Below, in pieces: positions 1 through 7,754 of a stretch of 64,000 nt of DNA. The notes under the pieces are model-generated. The model was not told where the DNA came from and made no database searches. It worked only from the letters and a program-made list of their open reading frames with translations. The translations under genes were made by a program, and so were the position numbers. Origin of the DNA: Ruminiclostridium sp. (GTDB lineage Bacteria; Bacillota; Clostridia; Oscillospirales; Ruminococcaceae); assembly GCA_045533495.1 (NCBI GenBank), contig JAZSHW010000132.1, forward strand, positions 1,453 through 65,452, in the 5' to 3' direction. Every line of letters begins with the position of its first letter. The stretch's first letter is position 1.

Positions 1-19
1 ACCGAAAGGAAGTGAGCCT

Positions 20-916
20 TTGACACTGCAACAGCTTAAATATGTAGTGACAATTGCAGAAAAGGGAAATATAAGCCGTGCGGCACAGGAGCTTTTCGTA
101 TCCCAGCCCAGTCTTACAAATTCAGTAAAGGAGCTTGAAAATGAGCTTTCCTTTGCAATCTTTGAGCGTACCAACAAAGGTGTTATAGTATCTGCAAAGG
201 GCAGTGAATTTTTAGGCTACGCAAGGCAGGTATTACAGCAATACGGGCTGCTTGAAGAAAGGTTTTTGAAATCCAGCGGTACAAGCCCTCACTTTTCGGT
301 ATCTACCCAGCATTATCCCTTTGCGGTAAAGGCGTTTGTTGAGGTTATAAAAAAATTCGACTCTGCCCGTTATGATTTTATGCTGAGAGAAACTCAGACC
401 TACGAAATTATAGATGACGTGAGCCGTATGAAGAGCGAAGTGGGTATACTCTATAAATCAAAGGCAAACGAGGCTATCATTGATAAGCTGTTAAGGCAGT
501 ACTCCTTGTCCTTTGAGGAGCTTTTCACCTTAAGTCCCAAGGTGTTTATAAGCTCTATGCATCCCCTTGCAAAAAAGGACGTTCTCTCTCTCGAAGAGCT
601 GTCCGAATATCCTTATCTCTCCTTTGAGCAGGGAGACTACAATTCCTTTTATTATTCAGAAGAAATTCTAAGCGAATATATAAGACCTAAAAATATCAAG
701 ATAAGCGACAGAGCGACTTTATCAAATCTGCTTATCGGTCTTAACGGCTATACAGTCGGTACGGGCATAATAAACGAGGACTTAAACGGCAAGGATATTA
801 TTTCAAAGCCGCTTATCAGTGATGAAGAAATAAAGATAGGCATAATAAAAAGAAATAATGTGCGACTTTCCATCTATGCCGAAACATACACTGAAATTCT
901 CAAGAGTTTGATATAG
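20..916 (+). CDS. LysR-family transcriptional regulator
   Basis: 298-aa ORF with TTG start. N-terminal winged HTH typical of LysR (LQQLKYVVTIAEKGNISRAAQELFVSQPSLTNSVKELE) followed by a co-inducer domain of normal length. Lies directly upstream of metY. Confidence 0.9.
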   Translation: MTLQQLKYVVTIAEKGNISRAAQELFVSQPSLTNSVKELENELSFAIFERTNKGVIVSAKGSEFLGYARQVLQQYGLLEERFLKSSGTSPHFSVSTQHYPFAVKAFVEVIKKFDSARYDFMLRETQTYEIIDDVSRMKSEVGILYKSKANEAIIDKLLRQYSLSFEELFTLSPKVFISSMHPLAKKDVLSLEELSEYPYLSFEQGDYNSFYYSEEILSEYIRPKNIKISDRATLSNLLIGLNGYTVGTGIINEDLNGKDIISKPLISDEEIKIGIIKRNNVRLSIYAETYTEILKSLI

Positions 917-945
917 CCAAAAGCTATATCAAACTTTATTTTTAT
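905..945 (+). terminator. Intrinsic terminator of the LysR gene
   Basis: Perfect 13-bp inverted repeat agtttgatatagc / gctatatcaaact (905-917, 923-935), loop caaaa, followed by ttattttt. Overlaps the stop codon. Confidence 0.6.
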
Positions 946-950
946 ATATT

Positions 951-978
951 TTACATATATGCGACGATGTGCTATCAT
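951..978 (+). promoter_or_regulatory. Candidate sigma-A promoter for metY
   Basis: TTACAT (951-956), 16-nt spacer, TATCAT (973-978) preceded by TGc (extended -10). Confidence 0.35.
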
Positions 979-1045
979 TAGCTTAAAGAAACTGCACAGC
1001 AGTAAAAATAAGAAAGGACGCTGAACCTCAGCGAGAGTGAGAAAA

Positions 1046-2323
1046 ATGGATACACATATCGACACCAAATGCCTGCACACAGGCTGGACACCAAAACAAG
1101 GCGAACCAAGACAGCTCCCTATCTATCAGAGCACAACCTTCAAGTATGATACAAGCGATGCAATGGGCAAGCTTTTCGACCTTGAAGCAAGCGGATATTT
1201 CTATACCCGCCTTCAGAACCCCACAAACGACAGTGCAGCTGCAAGAATCTGTGCTTTAGAGGGCGGCTATGCTGCTATGCTGACTTCTTCAGGTCAGGCG
1301 GCAAACTTCTTTGCTATCTTCAACATCTGCGAGGCCGGAGATCACTTCATTTCCTCCTCCGCAATCTATGGCGGCACATACAACCTTTTCGGTGTTACAA
1401 TGAAGAAGATGGGTATTGAATGTACTTTCGTTGATCAGAATATTTCTGAAGAAGAGCTTTTAAAGCTTGTTCGCCCCAATACAAAGGCTATCTTCGGTGA
1501 AACAATCACAAACCCCACAGTAACAGTATTCGACTTTGAAAAGTTTGCAAGAGTTGCTCACAAGGTGGGCGTTCCCCTTATCATCGACAACACTTTTGCA
1601 ACACCTATAAACTGCCGTCCTTTCGAGTGGGGTGCAGATATCGTTACACACTCCACAACAAAGTACATCGACGGTCATGGTATAAGCGTAGGCGGATGCA
1701 TCGTAGACAGTGGTAACTTCGACTGGGATAAGTACGCTGATAAGTTCCCCGGACTTACAACTCCCGATGAATCCTATCACGGCATTACTTATACAACAAA
1801 GTTCGGCAAGGCGGCATATATCACAAAGGCTACCTCCCAGCTTATGAGAGATTTCGGTTGCATACAGTCACCTCAGAACGCCTTCTATATCAATATCGGT
1901 CTTGAAACTCTGCACCTGAGAATGAAGAGACATTGCGAAAATGCATTAAAGGTAGCAACATATTTAAAGGACAACGAAAAGGTTGCCTGGGTACACTACC
2001 CTGATTTAGAAAGCGATGATTACAACGCACTCGCAAAGAAGTATCTCCCTAAGGGCTCCTGCGGTGTAATGTGCTTTGGTATCAAGGGCGGCAGAGAGCA
2101 GTCGATAAAGTTTATGGATAGCTTAAAGCTCTGCACAATTGCAACCCACGTTGCAGACAGCCAGACCTGTCTTTTACACCCTGCAAGCCACACTCACAGA
2201 CAGATGACAGATGAACAGTTAAGAGAAGCAGGTGTAGCTCCTGATCTTATCAGACTTTCAATCGGTCTTGAAGACGCTGACGATATCATAAAGGATATTG
2301 AACAGGCACTTGCACTTATATAA
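1046..2323 (+). CDS. metY: O-acetylhomoserine sulfhydrylase, PLP-dependent Cys/Met metabolism family
   Basis: The 428-aa ORF aligns by eye to the MetY/CysD family (IYQSTTFKYD, YTRLQNPT, HSTTKYIDGHG with the PLP lysine). ATG at 1046 preferred over GTG at 1037 because of the purine-rich RBS. Confidence 0.92.
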   Translation: MDTHIDTKCLHTGWTPKQGEPRQLPIYQSTTFKYDTSDAMGKLFDLEASGYFYTRLQNPTNDSAAARICALEGGYAAMLTSSGQAANFFAIFNICEAGDHFISSSAIYGGTYNLFGVTMKKMGIECTFVDQNISEEELLKLVRPNTKAIFGETITNPTVTVFDFEKFARVAHKVGVPLIIDNTFATPINCRPFEWGADIVTHSTTKYIDGHGISVGGCIVDSGNFDWDKYADKFPGLTTPDESYHGITYTTKFGKAAYITKATSQLMRDFGCIQSPQNAFYINIGLETLHLRMKRHCENALKVATYLKDNEKVAWVHYPDLESDDYNALAKKYLPKGSCGVMCFGIKGGREQSIKFMDSLKLCTIATHVADSQTCLLHPASHTHRQMTDEQLREAGVAPDLIRLSIGLEDADDIIKDIEQALALI

Positions 2324-2376
2324 AACAAAAACGTTTAACCCCGTAGTTTAACGCTGAATAGTACTAAAGAAGTATA

Positions 2377-2402
2377 ACCCGTGAAGATAATTCTTCACGG
2401 GT
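2377..2402. repeat. Left copy of a 26-bp direct duplication (whole terminator hairpin)
   Basis: acccgtgaagataattcttcacgggt is identical to 2712-2737. It is itself a 10-bp-stem hairpin. Confidence 0.9.
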
Positions 2403-2711
2403 CAGACTGAAGACAAACTCACGCACCGCAAAAATGCACAAAATTTTGCAGTAAAATTACAGATATACAAAAATAGCAATAAAAAAGTTTAGGGGAGCCG
2501 AAAACGGCTCCCCTAAAGCATTTTGCTTAGTTTGTCACCCGCCCCTCGACTGTACCTTATGCGAACACTTTGCTGTGCGTCGTCCTGACGCACTTTGTGT
2601 GTTCACTTTACGGCATCCTTGCCGTTTGTACGCCTATCGGGGCGGTTTCCTCCTCTGCGTGCGTTTTTCTTCGTCTGCTCTCGTGTAGCCAAAGTCTTTG
2701 TTTACACGCTG
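2403..2711. mobile_element. 309-bp ORF-less repeat element, copy A (putative non-autonomous insertion)
   Basis: About 92% identical to 7755-8064 by manual alignment. No ORF of 60 aa or more. Bracketed by a target-derived 26-bp duplication. Internal 13-bp stem-loop (2488-2517) and an 87-nt core identical between copies. Confidence 0.6.
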
Positions 2712-2744
2712 ACCCGTGAAGATAATTCTTCACGGGTTATTTTG
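2712..2744 (+). terminator. metY intrinsic terminator (right copy of the duplicated hairpin plus T-run)
   Basis: 10-bp stem acccgtgaag / cttcacgggt, loop ataatt, followed by ttatttt. Only this copy retains the T-run. Confidence 0.7.
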
Positions 2745-3106
2745 AAATCAGACGTATAAATTGAAATTTAACGCTCCGCTAGGTTATTGTAGCCCCCAAC
2801 CCCCTTTCCCCCTTCCCCCTGAGGAAAGGGGGGAAATACGGGGGCTGCCGCCCCTGCGACCTTGCTTGGGGCCACGCCCCAAACCCCTTTTATATCGGCG
2901 TTTGTGGGCTATTTAGCATCCTGTTTTAATTAAACCGTTTCCGTAGGGGCGTCTATCAGACGCCCGCCGCCGTAGGCGGAATTTGGTGAACGCCACGCGT
3001 TCAAACAACAATTCAACTCTCACAATGGTGTACTCCTGCCGTTTCACCTGCTACGGCTAAGCAGAGTATTGTAAAAGGCAGGAATCGCCAGCGGTGGCAC
3101 ACCGCC
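2738..3106. repeat. Mosaic of GC-rich REP-like hairpin modules (BIME-like region A)
   Basis: Shares modules with 7376-7724: ataaattgaaattt (2756-2769), ccgtaggggcgtctatcagacgcccgc (2941-2967), ccgcc-gta-ggcgg, gaacgccacgcgttc (2988-3002), gccagcggtggc. No ORF. Confidence 0.55.
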
Positions 3107-4084
3107 TCAGCAGAATTCGTGCAATGTGCTATGAACCTTTTCTCCATTCTTTTCGGCTAAGGCTCTTTCTATATTCCATCTTATATGCTCTTTAAGATCA
3201 TCCCAGCCATCAAAGGACAGACCGAAAACTCTTTCCATTTTTGAAACATTGTAATAATAATGCTCGCCCTCTTCATCAGTGGCTATGATATTGCTTTTTG
3301 ACAGAGGCATCATTTCCTTTGCCGCTAAAGCTATATCGTACCAGGAAATAAAGTTTCTGCCCAGTGCAAAGAACACTTCTTCGTTAAGATCACTTTCCAC
3401 AAGGTTTACATAAAGCTGTGCAATCTGTGCTGATGATAAGAACTGAGTACCGTCATTTCTTGAAAATGATAAATCTCTGTCATTTACAATTGCCTCAGCA
3501 ATGTTCTTAAATCTTGTATCCGACTGGGACGCACCGTCAGGTACGGCAGGGTTTGAAAAAGTATATCCCGGGCGGATGATGTTGCGGTGCATTCTGACCT
3601 TCTCTCCGTATCCTCCCTGCTTGCTGTAATACTGGCGGAAGCCTAAAATATACATCTCGCTTGACGCCTTTGTAGAGCCGTAAAGATCTGTGGGTACACG
3701 AAGAGCCGTTTCCTCATCCATTCCGTTTCTGAGATTGCCTGTTGCCGCTGTTGAGCTGGTGTAGATAAAATTCTTTACCCCTGCTTTTTCTGATACGTCG
3801 AGTAAAAATGCTGTTACCTTTGTATCGTTTTCCATCATAGAAACGGGATCGTTACCCCAGCCGAGTGCTATATGAATTACCGCATCACAGCCCTTTACTG
3901 CTTCTTCGAGTACATTGAAGTCAAGAATACTTCCCTTTATAAGAGTTACATTCTTCATATTCTTGTATGCGGGAATACGATCGGGTGTACGGGTGAGAAG
4001 CTTTAAGCTATGCCCCTTTTCAAGCAACGCCTTTGTTACATACTGTCCGATATTGCCTGTGCCGCCTGTTAAAAAAATCTTCAT
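3107..4084 (-). CDS. NAD(P)-dependent epimerase/dehydratase-family SDR
   Basis: 325 aa. N-terminal Rossmann motif TGGTGNIG and catalytic YGSTK (YxxxK). Confidence 0.8.
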   Translation of the reverse strand: MKIFLTGGTGNIGQYVTKALLEKGHSLKLLTRTPDRIPAYKNMKNVTLIKGSILDFNVLEEAVKGCDAVIHIALGWGNDPVSMMENDTKVTAFLLDVSEKAGVKNFIYTSSTAATGNLRNGMDEETALRVPTDLYGSTKASSEMYILGFRQYYSKQGGYGEKVRMHRNIIRPGYTFSNPAVPDGASQSDTRFKNIAEAIVNDRDLSFSRNDGTQFLSSAQIAQLYVNLVESDLNEEVFFALGRNFISWYDIALAAKEMMPLSKSNIIATDEEGEHYYYNVSKMERVFGLSFDGWDDLKEHIRWNIERALAEKNGEKVHSTLHEFC

Positions 4085-4251
4085 ATCAGTTAGTCCTTTC
4101 AGAATATTATAAATGTGTTGTTAAAATGCTTTAATAATCAATTTGCGAAAAATTCTGTTTCGTCGTTGTTACGGCATTTTCCTTTTCTGATTTTATCATA
4201 CAAAATAGGATAATTCAATAATCAGGGCAAATTTCGGCATTATAATCCTAT

Positions 4252-4280
4252 AAAAAAGAAGAGTCGCAAAGCAACTCTTC
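4252..4280 (-). terminator. Intrinsic terminator downstream of the CaCA antiporter gene
   Basis: Minus-strand hairpin gaagagt / actcttc followed by a T6 run (A-run 4252-4257 on the plus strand). Confidence 0.5.
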
Positions 4281-4301
4281 CAATTTACTATTCTATTTAG
4301 A

Positions 4302-5276
4302 TTACGCCACTGCAACCGCCTGGCCTGAGAAACAAATCAGATATACCGTATATCCCACATATAATGCAAGGAAGCTTGCACCGACAACTCTGTTTATCTT
4401 CTTTGTGGTAACACATACGATAAAGAGATACACAGTTATACCAAGCAGAACAAACATATCTATTATGCTGTTTGACGCAACATTTATAGGCTTTATAATG
4501 GATGTTGTACCTAAAATAAGCAGAACATTGAATATATTTGAACCTACAATATTACCGAGTGCTATATCACTGCTACCCTTCTTTGCGGCTACAACTGAGG
4601 TTACAAGCTCAGGGAGTGATGTACCGAGTGCAACGACTGTAAGACCGATTATCGCTTCGCTTATACCAAATGCTGTAGCGATCTTCTTTGCAGCTTCTAC
4701 AGACATATTACCACCAAGAACAATGACTGCCGCACCGCCTATAGTATACAGAATACTCTGCCACCAGGGGAGAATTTTTATCTTGCTTTCGCCTTCTGCC
4801 ACACCTGATTTTCTATAGGCTATCGCCGCTCTTACTGTAAGGAAGATGTATAAAGCGAAAATTGCTATAAATATAAGTCCGGCGGCAAGCCCTATCTGAT
4901 TACCGAAAACAACCGCAATAACGGGTAATAATACTGCCGTAAGCAAAAGTGCAGGAAAATCTCTTTTGAACATTGATTTGTCAACTATTATAGGAACGAT
5001 AACTGCACTAAGACCAAGTATAACTAAGATATTTATAATATTCGAACCTACTGCATTACCTACAGCAATATCACTTGAACCGCCAAGTGCCGCCGATATA
5101 CTTACCGCAAGCTCAGGGGCACTTGTACCCATCGCAACTATTGTAAGGCCAACGATAATATCGGGTATCTTAAGCTTTCTTGCTATAGAGCCGCTACCTT
5201 CAACAAAGAAATCCGCACCCTTTATGAGTAACGCAAAGCCGAGTACAAGAAGTAATACTTGTAACAGAATATCCAT
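4302..5276 (-). CDS. Ca2+/Na+ antiporter, CaCA (YrbG-like) family
   Basis: 324 aa, polytopic, with the two alpha-repeat signatures GTSAPELAVS and GTSLPELVTS. Confidence 0.88.
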   Translation of the reverse strand: MDILLQVLLLVLGFALLIKGADFFVEGSGSIARKLKIPDIIVGLTIVAMGTSAPELAVSISAALGGSSDIAVGNAVGSNIINILVILGLSAVIVPIIVDKSMFKRDFPALLLTAVLLPVIAVVFGNQIGLAAGLIFIAIFALYIFLTVRAAIAYRKSGVAEGESKIKILPWWQSILYTIGGAAVIVLGGNMSVEAAKKIATAFGISEAIIGLTVVALGTSLPELVTSVVAAKKGSSDIALGNIVGSNIFNVLLILGTTSIIKPINVASNSIIDMFVLLGITVYLFIVCVTTKKINRVVGASFLALYVGYTVYLICFSGQAVAVA

Positions 5277-5491
5277 AAAATTTCTCCTTTTCCGATTGTT
5301 GTGAAATAAATTTCAAAATACATAGGATATTATAACACAGGAGAGAAAAATTTACAAGCATTTTATTCTGATTTGCAGGAATTTAAAAAGATTTCTCACA
5401 ATAAAAGTATACAAAAGATATCGCCTTGATTTGTTAAAATTGTTCACCCAAACAAAAATTTCAAATATCCCGTTTTTTGCCTTATTTCCGC

Positions 5492-5520
5492 TTGAAACAA
5501 TGTTTTTTGTGTGCTAATAT
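5492..5520 (+). promoter_or_regulatory. Candidate sigma-A promoter for the CPA2 antiporter gene
   Basis: TTGAAA (5492-5497), 17-nt spacer, TAATAT (5515-5520) preceded by TGc. Confidence 0.4.
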
Positions 5521-5554
5521 ATGTATTCGGAAAGAAATTAATGAAGGTGAAACT

Positions 5555-6928
5555 ATGGAATTCAATGTAATGATAATACTATACGACTGTGCAGTGATAC
5601 TCCTTATGACAAAGCTGCTGGGTATGTTCACAAGAAAATTAGGACTTCCTCAGGTCGTGGGTATGATTATAGCGGGTATACTTATAGGCCCTGCAATATT
5701 CAGCCAGCTTGACTTAGGCAGCTTCAAGGGACTTATAAATCCGGGTGAAATTGAAAAAGAGGTACTCCACAGCTTTTCACAGATAGGTGTTATATTTATT
5801 CTCTTTTCAAGCGGTCTTGAAACGGATTTCAGAGAGCTTAAGAAAAGCGGTGCGGCGGCAACAGCGATAGCGGCGGCAGGCGTTATTGTTCCTATCGCAT
5901 TAGGCACTTTGGGTGCTCTTATGTTTATGGGCGGTATCGGAGAAATAACAAATCCTGACAAGCTGATGAACGCTATTTTCGTGGGCTGTATCCTTTCGGC
6001 AACCAGCGTCGGTATAACGGTAGAAACACTAAGAGAACTCGGCAAGCTCAACACAAGAATAGGTACTGTTATTTTAAGTGCCGCAATCATTGACGATGTA
6101 CTGGGTATCATCGCACTCAGTGTTGTTACAGGTATCAGCGGCGGCGGAAATGTCGGTATCACGCTTTTAAAGGCTTTAGGCTTCTTTGTATTTACAATAG
6201 GTGTGGGACTGCTTATGAGAATACTTTTCAAAAACCTCGTAAGACATTACCCCCACAAGAGAAGAACAGGTATATTTGCCCTTGTTATGTGCTTTACCTT
6301 TGCCTTCTGTGCAGAAGAGCTGTTCGGCATCGCCGCAATCACAGGCGCATTTATGGCAGGTCTTATGCTGAGCGGTATGGACGAAGCTCCCATCCTTGAC
6401 CGTAAGGTAGTAGTCAGCGGCTATATGATATTCACCCCTATCTTCTTTGCGTATATAGGAATAAGTGCAGATTTTTCAAGCTTCAACATGGCAGGACTTA
6501 TGTTCGCTATAGCCTTTGTGGTAATAGGAATAGTAGGAAAGATAGCAGGCTGTTCACTTACTGCAAGAGCCTTTAAATATAAGGGTAAGGAAAGCCTTGC
6601 GGCAGGCTTTGGTATGATAGCACGAGGCGAAGTTGCTTTAGCTGTCTATGCAGCGGGTAAGGGTCTTATATACTACGATGAAAGCGGAGCACTTGCAGGT
6701 ATTGATCCTCTTGTTGCTACTATCTTCCTTATCATAATCACTTCTATCCTCTGCCCTGTTTTCTTAAAGCTTACCTTCAAATCACATCACAGCGAGGAAT
6801 TACCTCACACCCACAGACTTAAACCCAAAACCTTCTCTCTTGAAGCTATGGAAGCACACCTTGACGCCCATCAGCTTGTAACAGAAAGCGAATGTAAAGG
6901 ATGCGGAAAATGCTCAGAAGAACAGTAA
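5555..6928 (+). CDS. Cation:proton antiporter (CPA2 / Kef-NapA type)
   Basis: Polytopic membrane protein with Na+/H+ exchanger family features. ATG at 5555 has the RBS gaaggtga, and the 26 upstream codons of the ORF look non-native. C-terminal tail carries CKGCGKC. Confidence 0.82.
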   Translation: MEFNVMIILYDCAVILLMTKLLGMFTRKLGLPQVVGMIIAGILIGPAIFSQLDLGSFKGLINPGEIEKEVLHSFSQIGVIFILFSSGLETDFRELKKSGAAATAIAAAGVIVPIALGTLGALMFMGGIGEITNPDKLMNAIFVGCILSATSVGITVETLRELGKLNTRIGTVILSAAIIDDVLGIIALSVVTGISGGGNVGITLLKALGFFVFTIGVGLLMRILFKNLVRHYPHKRRTGIFALVMCFTFAFCAEELFGIAAITGAFMAGLMLSGMDEAPILDRKVVVSGYMIFTPIFFAYIGISADFSSFNMAGLMFAIAFVVIGIVGKIAGCSLTARAFKYKGKESLAAGFGMIARGEVALAVYAAGKGLIYYDESGALAGIDPLVATIFLIIITSILCPVFLKLTFKSHHSEELPHTHRLKPKTFSLEAMEAHLDAHQLVTESECKGCGKCSEEQ

Positions 6929-7338
6929 CTGCAATACTGATAACGGTATTATCTATCCTTCTCTTTTGCTCTTGTAACAGCAACAATATTCCTTCCGATA
7001 CTGAAAGTAAAATCGGAAAATTTGTTGACGGCTATTATCAGATAGATCAGATAAAAGGCAAGGAGCTTATGGATACCGAAGAGAATTACATCATCCTTGA
7101 TGTAAGAACTGAGGAAGAATATAAGGAACAGCATATCAAAAATGCTATCCTTATCCCCCATACCGAAATAGAGCAAAGAGCCGAAAAAGAGCTTACCGAT
7201 AAAAATCAGCTTATTTTAGTCTACTGCCGCAGCGGCAACAGAAGCAAGACTGCCTCGAAAATACTTGCTGAGCTTGGCTATACCAATGTAATGGAATTCG
7301 GCGGAATAAACAGCTGGGCGTACGGTACAATAAAATAA
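6901..7338 (+). CDS. Rhodanese-domain lipoprotein
   Basis: Signal peptide with lipobox LLFCSC. Rhodanese fold with active-site loop CRSGNRS. Overlaps the antiporter gene by 28 nt. Confidence 0.85.
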   Translation: MRKMLRRTVTAILITVLSILLFCSCNSNNIPSDTESKIGKFVDGYYQIDQIKGKELMDTEENYIILDVRTEEEYKEQHIKNAILIPHTEIEQRAEKELTDKNQLILVYCRSGNRSKTASKILAELGYTNVMEFGGINSWAYGTIK

Positions 7339-7341
7339 AAA

Positions 7342-7376
7342 AATCGCAGGAGGCAAAGTCTTCTGCGATTTTTTTG
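7342..7376 (+). terminator. Intrinsic terminator after the rhodanese gene
   Basis: Stem aatcgcag / ctgcgatt followed by T7. Confidence 0.65.
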
Positions 7377-7724
7377 AACGCGTGGCGTTCAATCCAAATT
7401 CCGCCTTTGATAATACTTGTGGATCACAAAGGTTTGCGAACGGCGGTTACATACGATAATTGTAAAATAAATTGAAATTTGACAGCGGGTTGTACCATTA
7501 AAAATTGCGATGACTTATGCGGGCGACTAAGTAGTCGTTGGTCTAAAGACCACGACTTTTACGATATTTAATTTGTTGGATTTTGTTGATTGTATCGGTA
7601 TTTGCGGGCGTTGTCTATCCCCGTTTTAATTGCTCTATTCCGTAGGGGCGTCTACCAGACGCCCGCTTAATTCTGCACAAACCCAACCGCCGAAGGCGGA
7701 AATGCCAGCGGCGGCTCACCGTAA
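7376..7724. repeat. Mosaic of GC-rich REP-like hairpin modules (BIME-like region B)
   Basis: Shares modules with 2738-3106: gaacgcgtggcgttc (7376-7390, inverted relative to A), ataaattgaaattt (7467-7480), ccgtaggggcgtctaccagacgcccgc (7640-7666), ccgcc-gaa-ggcgg, gccagcggcggc. No ORF. Confidence 0.55.
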
Positions 7725-7754
7725 AAATCCCACATCCTTTCGGATGTGGAATTT
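7725..7754. repeat. Left copy of a 30-bp direct duplication (whole terminator hairpin)
   Basis: aaatcccacatcctttcggatgtggaattt versus 8065-8094; 29 of 30 positions identical. Confidence 0.88.

Noticed and set aside
917-1036. SAM (S-box) riboswitch or T-box upstream of metY
   Set aside because: The leader is only about 65 nt after the candidate promoter. None of the conserved S-box helices or the T-box specifier/T-box sequence is visible.
2403-2711. Possibility that the repeat element is a group II intron remnant, tRNA-like gene, retron ncRNA or IS200/IS605 PATE
   Set aside because: There is no GUGYG 5' end or domain V-like hairpin, no tRNA T-loop or anticodon architecture, and no adjacent RT or TnpA/TnpB. 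PATE and IS110-type elements do not create long duplications. I kept it as an unclassified element.
4405-5304. Two long plus-strand ORFs (137 and 112 aa) antisense to the CaCA antiporter gene
   Set aside because: They are mirror ORFs typical of the antisense strand of hydrophobic membrane-protein genes. They have no RBS, and the minus-strand product carries unmistakable family motifs.
5477-5554. 26-codon N-terminal extension of the CPA2 antiporter ORF, and similar extensions at 50820-50924 (cwlD), 33812-33907 (miaA), 26641-26754 (HAD), 60648-60713 (SDR), 11177-11212 (XRE) and 11715-11777
   Set aside because: The extensions overlap promoters or upstream genes and lack an RBS. Internal starts have canonical RBSs and give family-typical N-termini.
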